Below, piece after piece: positions 46,708 to 55,311 of a stretch of DNA of 55,311 nucleotides (positions within the stretch are counted from its first letter, which is position 1; each line of letters opens with the position of its first letter). The position numbers and the translations under genes are program-made. The stretch is from Fibrobacteria bacterium. GTDB lineage: Bacteria > Fibrobacterota > Fibrobacteria > UBA11236. The notes beneath the pieces were generated by a model that searched no databases, was not told the DNA's origin, and was given only the letters and a program-made list of their open reading frames with translations. The stretch lies in the NCBI GenBank assembly GCA_043732185.1, contig JAYTHY010000118.1, positions 1 through 55,311 on the forward strand, given 5' to 3'.

Positions 46708-47352
46708 ATGATTTACCACTTCAAAGTACACAAAGAAGATGACGAGGGATTCTGGGCCGAATGCATTGAACTCAAAGGATGCGCCACTCAGGCGGATACT
46801 TTTGACGCTCTTTTAGAAAACATGAATGAAGCACTGGAGCTTTATCTAGATGAACCCCAAGATTCTGATCTTGAAATTCAATTGCCGAATCAATCATTAA
46901 TTGGAAAGGGAATTATTGGGGTTGCCGTTTCCCCAAACGTTGCGCTAGCACTTTCTCTTCGTTTAATGAGAAAAAAGCACAAGATGACGCAAAAGGAAGC
47001 TGCACATGCGATGGGTTTTAAAGGTTTATTTAGCTACCAAAGGTTAGAGTCGTCGAAAACCGCGAACCCGGAGTTAAATACACTAGATAAAATCAAGGGA
47101 ACATTTCCAGAATTTAGTCTTGACGATATTGTTCAGGGAGCTCAAGGAAAAAACATTCATGTCGTTCCACTCGAAAAGGGATGGGGAGTCATCAAGGAAA
47201 AGGACATAAAACTTTCCACTACTTTTAGAAGTCGCGATGAAGCCATAAGGGATGCTAGGAGTTATTCAAAAAGGGCAAAAACTAATCTTACGATTCGAGG
47301 AAGTGATGGGAAGATCATAAAGGATCGAAATGGAAAAGCATCAAAAAATTAA
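46708..47352 (+). CDS. hicB: HicB antitoxin + XRE HTH with a fused C-terminal DUF2188-like domain
   Basis: GFWAECIELKGCATQADT..EALELYL; MTQKEAA..YQRLE; HVVP...GWGV...F....EAI..AR......L.I.G.DGKI. Confidence 0.8.
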   Translation: MIYHFKVHKEDDEGFWAECIELKGCATQADTFDALLENMNEALELYLDEPQDSDLEIQLPNQSLIGKGIIGVAVSPNVALALSLRLMRKKHKMTQKEAAHAMGFKGLFSYQRLESSKTANPELNTLDKIKGTFPEFSLDDIVQGAQGKNIHVVPLEKGWGVIKEKDIKLSTTFRSRDEAIRDARSYSKRAKTNLTIRGSDGKIIKDRNGKASKN

Positions 47353-47425
47353 AGCAAATAAACCATAAGTTCGAAGGGCATCAAAGCCCCCAATGGACGC
47401 ACCCCCCTTAAATAGCACCCCCTCC

Positions 47426-48454
47426 TCACGTCAAATTGCTGCGGTACCATTCCATGGCCATGTCCAACCCTTGGCTTACACTGTGGCTGGGGGCGTAACC
47501 TAGAAGTTTCTCCGCTTTTCCGATTTCGGCTTGGGAGTGCATGACGTCGCCGGGGCGGTAGGGGCCGTAGTTGGGCTTTATGTCTTTGAGGTGCGGATAG
47601 TGTGGGAGCAACCGGTTTTTCAAATGGGCAAAGAGTTCGTTTAAAGTGGTGCGGTCGTTTAGGGCTACGTTGTAGGCTTGACCTGCTGCGCCGGGGGCGG
47701 TTGCGGTGGCGGCCAGGAGATTGGCTTGGACCACATTGTCTATGTAGCAGAAGTCGCGGCTGGTGTCGCCTAGTCCGTTGATGAGCACGGGTTCGCCTCG
47801 GATCATGGCGCTGGTCCACCTGGGAATGACGGCGGCATATTGGCCGTTTGGATCTTGGCGCGCGCCGAAAACATTGAAGTAGCGGAGTCCGGCGGTTTCC
47901 AGGTTGAAGGCCTTGTAGAAAATCTCTGCGTATTGTTCGTTCACGGATTTGCTTAGGGCATACGGGGAGAGCGGTTTGCCGATGCGGTCTTCCCTTTTGG
48001 GGAGGTTGGGTTCGTCGCCGTAGATGGAGCTGCTGGAGGCGAAGACGATGCGCTTGACTTTGGCGTCGCGGGCGGCTAGGAGCATGTTTACGGTACCGTC
48101 TACGTTAACAGCGTGGGTAGTCAATGGATCGGCGAGTGAGCGGGGGACGGATCCTAGAGCCGCTTGGTGGAGGATGTAATCCACTCCAGTGGCGGCTGCG
48201 TGGCATGTGTCGAGATTGCGAATGTCGCCTTCCATGAAACGGAAGCGATTCCAGGCCGCCGTCCCAACCAGCGCGGATACTTGGGTGAGGTTGTGTAGAT
48301 GGCCGGTGGCGAGATTATCGAGCCCGACTACCTTTTGACCTAGGCGCAACAGATTTTCCACCAAATGGGATCCGATGAAACCGGCTGCGCCCGTGACCAG
48401 CCAGGACTTGGGTGTTTGAGTCAGGTCTTGTTTTAAGATTGTATAGGCGGTCAT
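47426..48454 (-). CDS. UDP-GlcNAc(A) C4 epimerase (WbpP/TviC-like)
   Basis: [50 protein letters not shown]. Confidence 0.92.
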   Translation of the reverse strand: MTAYTILKQDLTQTPKSWLVTGAAGFIGSHLVENLLRLGQKVVGLDNLATGHLHNLTQVSALVGTAAWNRFRFMEGDIRNLDTCHAAATGVDYILHQAALGSVPRSLADPLTTHAVNVDGTVNMLLAARDAKVKRIVFASSSSIYGDEPNLPKREDRIGKPLSPYALSKSVNEQYAEIFYKAFNLETAGLRYFNVFGARQDPNGQYAAVIPRWTSAMIRGEPVLINGLGDTSRDFCYIDNVVQANLLAATATAPGAAGQAYNVALNDRTTLNELFAHLKNRLLPHYPHLKDIKPNYGPYRPGDVMHSQAEIGKAEKLLGYAPSHSVSQGLDMAMEWYRSNLT

Positions 48455-49329
48455 GGGGATGATACTCCAAATATGGCATGGTGGATTTCGGGATGCGTCG
48501 TCAAGGGATACTTAGCGGTTACGCGTTCTGACAATTGTCGGCACTGGGCGGGCGCGTATTCACGGGCGGTAGCTGCTTCATGGATGGGATCGCAATGGGA
48601 TGTCTCAATGGGGCCGGCGGCAAAAAGGAGAAGACGCAGTTTTTCAAGTTGGGCTTTCCAGCGTGGGCGTTGTCGCGGCCAATCGAGTACGGGCCAGGCA
48701 TTCTCGGCGGCCAAATGGCGCAGTTTTTTTGTCGGGCGCACGCAAAAGGGAAACTCGGAAAAGGCGAGTAAAAAGCGATCGTGTTCGTGATCGGAATAGG
48801 CAAAGGAAAGGGGTCCCGCTTTGCCATAACCTAGCGCCTCCAGGCGTTTCAATTTGTTGGCGCCTCGCAGATTTCCATCGCGGTACTTGGGTAGTGAGCG
48901 TAATGCAGGCACCGCCCAAATGAGTTCGCTGCCTTGAATATCGGCCATTGGGAAAAATACTTTGAGGTATCGGAGGTAAAAGGTTGCGCTGGCGGAGAGG
49001 ATCACAATTTTATGCCCAAGGAGGTGATGGGTCCAGAGCCTTTGCAGAACGGGCACATGCAATCGGCCGGCTAGAACCTTGCGCGTAAATTCTTCTGCGA
49101 GGCGATCGCGTTCCGGCGAGGTTTCCAGCCCCATTGGATACAGGTAGATGCGTTTCAGGGTATGGCTGTCCACCAGTCGCAAAACGAATAGAATCAGGCC
49201 CGCCCAGTTGAGCAGCAGGAAAATCCGGCGTGCTGGACGCTGGCTGTAATAGAAACGCAGCCAGAGCAGGATGCTGTCCCCGTCGAGCAAGGTGTCGTCG
49301 AAATCGAAAAAGGCATGGACCTGGGGCAT
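48451..49329 (-). CDS. HAD-IB family phosphatase
   Basis: [17 protein letters not shown]...D. Confidence 0.85.
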   Translation of the reverse strand: MPQVHAFFDFDDTLLDGDSILLWLRFYYSQRPARRIFLLLNWAGLILFVLRLVDSHTLKRIYLYPMGLETSPERDRLAEEFTRKVLAGRLHVPVLQRLWTHHLLGHKIVILSASATFYLRYLKVFFPMADIQGSELIWAVPALRSLPKYRDGNLRGANKLKRLEALGYGKAGPLSFAYSDHEHDRFLLAFSEFPFCVRPTKKLRHLAAENAWPVLDWPRQRPRWKAQLEKLRLLLFAAGPIETSHCDPIHEAATAREYAPAQCRQLSERVTAKYPLTTHPEIHHAIFGVSSP

Positions 49330-49376
49330 GCTTCAAAATTAGAATAGAAATCTATCTTGTCCGACTAGAGGGACGC

Positions 49377-51266
49377 ATGAACGGAAAAAATCCGTCCGAA
49401 ACATTGAATCGACTTTTGGAAAGGCTGGAAAAAGTCCTGGCCACTTCCGCGCTTGTATCCAGCTTGCGCAAGCTGGTTCATTCCCATGCTCGATTGCAGG
49501 ATGGCCGGCCCGTGACCCCAGCGGAGCGCGCGATGCTGGAAGCCCAGGGCAATGTGTGTGCGGATTGGTCCCGGGTGCGATGCCTGCCCGATGCGGATTG
49601 GACTTCGGTGCGGAACAATGTGTTGGCGGGCGACATTTTTTTGGCGGGCTTTAGAGGTGAATGCACGGGTAGCGATGGGCGTAAATGGGCAGCTGGCATG
49701 GTGGATTGCCGTGTGCGCGATGCCGTTATCGGCAATGCCTGCTTGTACCGGGTCTCGCAGTTGGAGCGGCAAATCATTGAAGCGGGAGCGATGCTTGTCG
49801 ATGTTGGGATAGTGGATTGTCCGGCACCTACTCTGTTCAGCCTTGGGCGGATTTTCCATCTGGGTACGGAATCGGGTGCGCGTGGCGCTTGGATGTGGGA
49901 TGGATTCACACTGAGCGATTACATGGATGCGATTTCACTTCCCGCTGAAGCGCAGAAAGCCTTCCAGCAAAAGGTGGATGCCGAACTGAAGGCATTACCC
50001 AGCCATTTTGGCTATGTGGGTTCTGGGGCTGAAGTTCTTCAAACCCGGCACCTGCACGGAGTATGGGTTGGACCCGGTTCCACTGTTTCTGGCGCGTCTC
50101 TAATCAGAGAGTCGGCATTGTTGTCCACACTCGATCAGCCTTGCAAGGTTTTGGAAGATGGGTGTATCGAACATTCCCTTTTGCAAGCGGGCGCATGCGT
50201 AGGTGGCGGTGGCGGTGGTGGAAAGGTGAGCGAAAGCGTGCTCTTCACTGGGGCGCGTGTCGATTGGGGTGGGATGGTCAAAGAATCCGTCATCGGCTCC
50301 GGTACCGAAGTGAGCAAAGGTGAAATCCAAGCATCAGTAGTGGGGCCGCACGTCGGCTTCCATCATCAGGCCTTACTCATCTCTGCGCTTTGGCCGGAAG
50401 GCGGCGGCAATATCGCTTATGGGGCCATGGTGGGAAGCAACCATACGGGCCGAAAGCCGGATCAGGAAATCCGTCCCGGCGAAGGCAATTTTTTTGGACT
50501 GGGTTGTTCGATAAAATTTCCCGCGAATTTTTCTGACGCGCCCTATTCTCTTTTCGCGGCCGGCATCCTCGCTTTGCCGCAAAGACTCACCTGCCCTTTC
50601 TCGCTCATCACTCAGCCACTCACGTCCATTCCGGAAATGGCACCTGGCCTAAACGAAATTATTCCGGGTTGGATGTGGTCGGACAATGCTTATGCCTTGG
50701 TGCGCCGCAGTTATAAGTTGTCAGGTAGTTTCCTGAATAGCCGACTTTTTTATCCGAGTCTGGCTCGCCTGGCCTTATCCGCCCTGCAAACGCTGCGCAC
50801 GGTTCCTCCACATCTCGATTATTACTTGGAAGAGCATGCGCCGAGCCTAGGCAAAAACTTTTTGCATTCCGAAAACCTTTCGCGCTCCCTTGCCGCCTAT
50901 GTCGATTATTTATGGTTCTTTCTAATGGTAATTCATACGGACTCGTTGGCTGAATCCGCTGCAGTCGAGATGAAGAAAGCGAATACTGCCCAAGATAAAG
51001 AAACCGTGGCAGCTATCAAAACAGAATTGGGCGCGATCGGGAACGCCCAGATATTTTTAGCAGCACAGAAACATCGACTTTCCGCTTTTAAATCCAGCAT
51101 CCTTGCATGCCTGGTCAAAGAGGACAAACGTGGCCGCCGAATATTCGACGACTATGCTGAGTTCCATATCCCCGCCGTCGCAGACCCTATCTACCTCCGC
51201 CTGGAGATTGAAATAGAGTCCCTTTCCCGCCGATTGGATGTGTTCTGCTCCACTTCGGGAGCATAA
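49377..51266 (+). CDS. DUF4954-like protein
   Basis: LEAQGNVCADWS, GPHVGFHHQALLI, MVGSNH, GEG.FFGL..SIKFP, PFSLI, EIIPGW. Confidence 0.7.
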   Translation: MNGKNPSETLNRLLERLEKVLATSALVSSLRKLVHSHARLQDGRPVTPAERAMLEAQGNVCADWSRVRCLPDADWTSVRNNVLAGDIFLAGFRGECTGSDGRKWAAGMVDCRVRDAVIGNACLYRVSQLERQIIEAGAMLVDVGIVDCPAPTLFSLGRIFHLGTESGARGAWMWDGFTLSDYMDAISLPAEAQKAFQQKVDAELKALPSHFGYVGSGAEVLQTRHLHGVWVGPGSTVSGASLIRESALLSTLDQPCKVLEDGCIEHSLLQAGACVGGGGGGGKVSESVLFTGARVDWGGMVKESVIGSGTEVSKGEIQASVVGPHVGFHHQALLISALWPEGGGNIAYGAMVGSNHTGRKPDQEIRPGEGNFFGLGCSIKFPANFSDAPYSLFAAGILALPQRLTCPFSLITQPLTSIPEMAPGLNEIIPGWMWSDNAYALVRRSYKLSGSFLNSRLFYPSLARLALSALQTLRTVPPHLDYYLEEHAPSLGKNFLHSENLSRSLAAYVDYLWFFLMVIHTDSLAESAAVEMKKANTAQDKETVAAIKTELGAIGNAQIFLAAQKHRLSAFKSSILACLVKEDKRGRRIFDDYAEFHIPAVADPIYLRLEIEIESLSRRLDVFCSTSGA

Positions 51267-51273
51267 TCCAGTC

Positions 51274-53082
51274 ATGCCTGAATTGCGCGCGCGCGTTCTC
51301 TCCAACGTTCATCTGCCCAGCGTCCCGAGTTTTTCGATTCAAACTTTTGGAAAATATTTGCCGCCTGCACAGACAACACCCATCTGGCGAGCGGAAATGG
51401 AACGACGCCGACTCTCGGAAATTCTGCCACTCATTCCTCAAAACGAACAACCGGACATACTGCTCATCTCCAGTCCTGAATACCTTCCCATCCCCGTGGA
51501 TATTGCCGATTTTCCGGGCCTTAAAATTCTGCTCATCACCGACTGGAATGTCTGTCTCCGTTTCCTCCCAGACCTTTGCCCGCTTTTCGATTTCTGTTTC
51601 ACCGATTGGCCCGGCTACCGGCTACTTAAAAAATCCGGTGTCACCAATATCCATCATCAACCCCTGTTCGGCCATGACCCGGAACGATTCCGTTGCCTGG
51701 ATGTGGACTTAAGTCTAGGTCTAGGTCTAAGACTAGATCTAAACCGTAATCTAGACGTTTCCTTCTGCGGGAATTTGAATTCGGGACTCCATGGTGAGCG
51801 CAACCGGCTTTTAGCCCGCCTGGCCAAATGGGGGGTAACCGAGGATGGACGCACAGTGCATTTGCGCCAAGCGTTTGATAGTGAGTATGTGGAGGTGCTG
51901 AACCGAAGCAAGATTGTGTTCAACTATTCCATCCGCGGAGAGGCCAATATGCGCTTGTTCGAGTCCATGGCCACGGGAGCTGTGGCGTTGGTGGAAGAAT
52001 CCAATCAAGAGGTCGGCATACTTTTTCAGGAGAACACGCACTACTTTCGATATGCACCTGGAAGTTTAGAGGAACGTCTCAACGTCTTGCTTGCTGATTC
52101 AGATCGTCTTGTATCCGTATCCGCCGCTGCGCGAGTTGCGGTGGGTCAACATACTAAATCACGGCAAATCCAAAGCCTGCTCGAAACGGCCTGCCGCCAG
52201 ACACCACTAAAATTGCACTCCGCATCTTTGCTGTTACCGAAGCAACAAATGGCACTTCTCAAGCTGCGTATACTTGGCTCCGGTTTCACGCTTGCGGAAG
52301 CCGTGGAGGAAATCCAAACACGATCCTCCGAATGCCCCGGTCTTGTCAGCGAAACACTCCCAGCTGCTCTGCTTTCCGTATTGATTTCTCAATCTACGGA
52401 TACACTCCCGACTTTAGAACGAATGCTGAGGCAATTTTTGGAGGATCCGGAATTTCCTTCAACCCTGCGGGCCTTCTTCAGTTTGAAGCTGGCTGTTCTT
52501 AACGGACAATGGACTTTCGTCCTCAATCATGCCATTCGCTGCATGGAACTGCTGACCGGTTCCTTGCCTGAAACGGAATCGGTTTTGAACCTCTATGGAC
52601 ATTTTTATCCGCCCATCGGATTAGGCAAGGGATTCAATTCCGACCTCAATCATGCTTTTAAAGAGGACTTGGCTACAGGGAAACCGAAAAGTTACCTGGA
52701 CCTTTTATTCGCCCATTGCTGCGTTGATTTGGCCAAGGCCTATCAAGCAGTTGGCAAGCACTCGGAATCGGTGATGGAATTGCAAAGATTGCCACTAAGT
52801 CGCTTCGCCTCTTTAGAGAGCAATCAAGACTTGTTGTCCGAACTGCTCCAAGTCGGTGACCGGGACGGCGCCTTAAATACGGCTAAGGAATGGTTTGCCA
52901 TATCTCCACTGGATACGGGTATTTGGAATCCTATCTATAACGCCTATGCGCGGCTCGGTGAAAAAACCACCACTATTCGTTTTCTAGAAGAGATCGAGAT
53001 ATTGGCGGAAGCATTCCTCAATGCAGATCAGATTGCCATGATCCGTGATTTGCTGATAAAGGAGCGATCAGAAACGGCGTAA
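51274..53082 (+). CDS. Glycosyltransferase (Glyco_trans_1_2/CgeB-like) with helical TPR-like C-terminus
   Basis: DVSFCGN..ER, LNRSKIVFN, NMRLFESMATG. Confidence 0.75.
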   Translation: MPELRARVLSNVHLPSVPSFSIQTFGKYLPPAQTTPIWRAEMERRRLSEILPLIPQNEQPDILLISSPEYLPIPVDIADFPGLKILLITDWNVCLRFLPDLCPLFDFCFTDWPGYRLLKKSGVTNIHHQPLFGHDPERFRCLDVDLSLGLGLRLDLNRNLDVSFCGNLNSGLHGERNRLLARLAKWGVTEDGRTVHLRQAFDSEYVEVLNRSKIVFNYSIRGEANMRLFESMATGAVALVEESNQEVGILFQENTHYFRYAPGSLEERLNVLLADSDRLVSVSAAARVAVGQHTKSRQIQSLLETACRQTPLKLHSASLLLPKQQMALLKLRILGSGFTLAEAVEEIQTRSSECPGLVSETLPAALLSVLISQSTDTLPTLERMLRQFLEDPEFPSTLRAFFSLKLAVLNGQWTFVLNHAIRCMELLTGSLPETESVLNLYGHFYPPIGLGKGFNSDLNHAFKEDLATGKPKSYLDLLFAHCCVDLAKAYQAVGKHSESVMELQRLPLSRFASLESNQDLLSELLQVGDRDGALNTAKEWFAISPLDTGIWNPIYNAYARLGEKTTTIRFLEEIEILAEAFLNADQIAMIRDLLIKERSETA

Positions 53083-53136
53083 ATTAGCCGGTATTCTGAA
53101 AAAACAGCATCCGGTCCACGGGGTCGGATTCTCGCC

Positions 53137-53310
53137 TTGGCCGGACGCGCGGCGCTTTTCGATTTGTACCCATTGACCCTTCCGGAAACACTGGCTCCGG
53201 CGGAGATATTTGCGGACCTAGCCCCCGTTATTTCCGACCGTATGGAATATGCCGATGCGGAAGCCGCATTTGACGAGTACCTGACACATGGAGGCATGCC
53301 AAGAGTCCGG
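53137..53310 (+). pseudogene. Internal fragment of an AAA_14/DUF4143 ATPase
   Basis: LAGR...LYPLTL.E and F.EYL..GGMP motifs; no Walker A; runs into the rfbA 3' end. Confidence 0.65.
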
Positions 53311-53329
53311 AGGGCATTCTCAAAGCGGG

Positions 53330-54196
53330 TTACACCTCGGCCCGGAACCGGTTCACCAAATACTCCTTATAAGGCGACTTGGGCATGCGGCCCACCGTTT
53401 CTTTAAACGTCTCCAAGGAAATGAACTTTCGCAGGTAGGCGATTTCTTCCAAGCACGCGATCTTGAGCCCCTGCCTCGCTTCCAGCGTATAAATAAAAGT
53501 CGACGCCTCCAGCATACTGGCATGGGTACCCGTGTCCAGCCAGGCAATTCCTCTTCCAAGCAATTCCACAGAAAGTTTTCCCTGTTTGAGATAGGCCAGA
53601 TTTAAATCCGTGATTTCGAGCTCACCGCGCGGCGAAGGTTTGAGACTGCGCGTCATCTTGACCACCTCATTGTCATAAACATAAAGCCCCGGCACCGCAT
53701 AATTCGATTTCGGAATTTTGGGCTTCTCTTCCAGGCCAATTACGTTTTTATCGGCGTCGAATTCGACCACGCCATAACGCTCCGGATCCTTAACGTAATA
53801 TCCGAATACTTTTGCGCCCGTTGTGAACTTGCTCATCATCTCATCCAACTTCATGGATCCGTAGAACAAATTGTCCCCGAGAATCAAAGTCACCGGATCC
53901 TTTCCGATGAATTCCTCGCCGATTGTAAAAGCCCTGGCAATGCCGTCCGGCTTATCTTGCACCGCATACTGAATGCGAATGCCCCAAGGTGAACCATCCC
54001 CGAGTAGCTGTTTGAATCGAGGCACATCTTCCGGTGTGGAAATGAGCAAATAGTCTTTGATGCCGCCGAGCATAAGCGTTGCGAGCGGATAATAGATGAG
54101 CGGCTTGTCATAGATGGGCAGCAACTGCTTGCTGGCTACGGACGTAAGCGGGTACAGCCGCGTTCCCGCTCCCCCTGCCAGAATAATGCCCTTCAT
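53330..54196 (-). CDS. rfbA: Glucose-1-phosphate thymidylyltransferase
   Basis: [47 protein letters not shown]. Confidence 0.97.
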   Translation of the reverse strand: MKGIILAGGAGTRLYPLTSVASKQLLPIYDKPLIYYPLATLMLGGIKDYLLISTPEDVPRFKQLLGDGSPWGIRIQYAVQDKPDGIARAFTIGEEFIGKDPVTLILGDNLFYGSMKLDEMMSKFTTGAKVFGYYVKDPERYGVVEFDADKNVIGLEEKPKIPKSNYAVPGLYVYDNEVVKMTRSLKPSPRGELEITDLNLAYLKQGKLSVELLGRGIAWLDTGTHASMLEASTFIYTLEARQGLKIACLEEIAYLRKFISLETFKETVGRMPKSPYKEYLVNRFRAEV

Positions 54197-54221
54197 ATTC
54201 GACCTCGATAATTTTTAATCA

Positions 54222-54908
54222 TTAATCTGGCGCTTCCGTACTTAAGGCATTTGAATTCATATGTCTCGGCTTCTCAGGAAGCCCCAGGGATTTTCTAATG
54301 GACTCGAACACTTCGGGGATAGACTTAGTGGCATCGACGCTATGTAGGATATTAATGCGCCGATAATAACTGATCATGGGTTCCGTTTTAACATGATAAT
54401 CCTCAATGCGTTTTTGAATCGCTTCGGGATGATCGTCTGAACGCTGTAACAGTTTGGATCCGCATACATCGCAAACACCCTCCACCTTGGGACGATGGCC
54501 GATCAGATTGTAATCGAGGCCACAGCCCCCACACACGCGCCGCGCCATAACGCGCTCCGTTACCAGACTGTCCGGCGCATCCATATGAATGACAGCATTG
54601 ATGTTATAGCTCTCGAACAAAAACTCCGCCTGCGCAAAATTGCGGGGAAAGCCATCGAGCACAAATCCATAATTCCAATTGTGCCAAGTCATCCGCTCAG
54701 AAACAACCTTGGCCACCAGGTCATCGCCAACCATCTGCCCCTTGGAAATAATCCGGTTCACCTTCGCAGCCAACTTGGTATGGTTAGCGATATGCCATCG
54801 AAAAATATCCCCAATGGAAATATGCACGAAATCGTATTTGTCGCAAAGCAATTTAGCCTGTGTGCCCTTGCCGCAACCTTGAATACCCATAATAATGAAT
54901 TTATACAT
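54222..54908 (-). CDS. adk: Adenylate kinase family protein with zinc-lid
   Basis: GIQGCGKGTQA, LDGFPRN, CGGC..CDVC lid, RSDD. Confidence 0.85.
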   Translation of the reverse strand: MYKFIIMGIQGCGKGTQAKLLCDKYDFVHISIGDIFRWHIANHTKLAAKVNRIISKGQMVGDDLVAKVVSERMTWHNWNYGFVLDGFPRNFAQAEFLFESYNINAVIHMDAPDSLVTERVMARRVCGGCGLDYNLIGHRPKVEGVCDVCGSKLLQRSDDHPEAIQKRIEDYHVKTEPMISYYRRINILHSVDATKSIPEVFESIRKSLGLPEKPRHMNSNALSTEAPD

Positions 54909-54990
54909 GCTGAATTATTGTTCCTTCCAGAACAAATCTAAAAATCCACCCAAATATTATGACACCCAACCCCCAAAAATTCCATCCCTC

Positions 54991-55043
54991 CCCCCAAAGA
55001 AGGGTTCGCCCCGAACCCTCGCGCTCCAGCAATCCCATCCCCC
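54991..55043. repeat. Inverted second copy of the REP-like hairpin unit at 45152-45207
   Basis: CCCCCAAAGAAGGGTTCGCCCCGAACCCTCGCGCTCCAGCAATCCCATCCCC matches the reverse complement of that region with few differences. Confidence 0.8.
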
Positions 55044-55267
55044 TTCCCCTAATCTCCACACCTTCGCACATCTATACATCTATCCATCCACATCGCCGCC
55101 GTCTAACCGCGCTCCACCACCACTCTGCCGTCCCCTGCGCCACTTCATCCCCGCACCACCACTCTGCAGCCCCTACGCCACTCCGCGCCACTCCCACCGT
55201 CCCCGCCCAAGCGACCAGGTCCCCCGGTATTGATTAGACCCCTGGATGTACTTGGCCCGCGGGGGTG

Positions 55268-55311
55268 CCCGATCTGGGCGAATCGCCCCCGGCGTCTGAG
55301 CCCAGATCGGG
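55268..55311. repeat. 12-bp inverted repeat/hairpin at the window end
   Basis: CCCGATCTGGGC ... GCCCAGATCGGG, with internal GGGCGAATCGCCC. Confidence 0.65.

Noticed and set aside
54895..55237. Pro/His/Ser-rich ORFs (also 45064..45315)
   Set aside because: Translations of low-complexity C-rich repeat DNA.
1..55311. tRNA, rRNA, transposase, integrase or prophage genes
   Set aside because: None recognisable by eye; small structured RNAs cannot be excluded without an Infernal/Rfam search.

Overview
Bacterial chromosomal window, most likely Fibrobacterota (inferred from a TIGR02147/DUF4423-type gene, 'GSEVENE' lipoproteins and T9SS-like C-terminal domains). (1) 1-21.8 kb, + strand: a Wzx/Wzy surface-polysaccharide cluster. 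It starts with an SLBB export gene and a decayed mosaic paralogue. Next is an atypical nonulosonic-acid module: NeuB, NeuD-like acetyltransferase, TIM-barrel protein, CBS-DegT aminotransferase, NeuA, class III aminotransferase, PtmA-like SDR and a putative nonulosonate transferase, with no neuC or legB in the window. Glycosyltransferases, wzx, wzy and wzz follow. (2) 21.9-37.5 kb, - strand: secreted and surface proteins, namely a sialate O-acetylesterase, a broken Tat beta-helix gene, BNR/YCF48 propellers and Kelch-tipped lipoproteins coupled to a TIGR02147 gene. (3) 37.7-41.2 kb, - strand: gmd, wzi-like gene and an epimerase. (4) 41.3-55.3 kb: hom, a small-protein/nucleotidyltransferase pair, a WcaJ/WbaP-like priming transferase, a toxin-antitoxin cluster interleaved with REP-like repeats, a tviC/wbpP-like epimerase, a HAD phosphatase, a DUF4954-like gene plus glycosyltransferase, rfbA and an adenylate-kinase-family gene. 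Many accessory genes are internally deleted or frameshifted. All family calls come from motif recognition by eye; no database searches were run.
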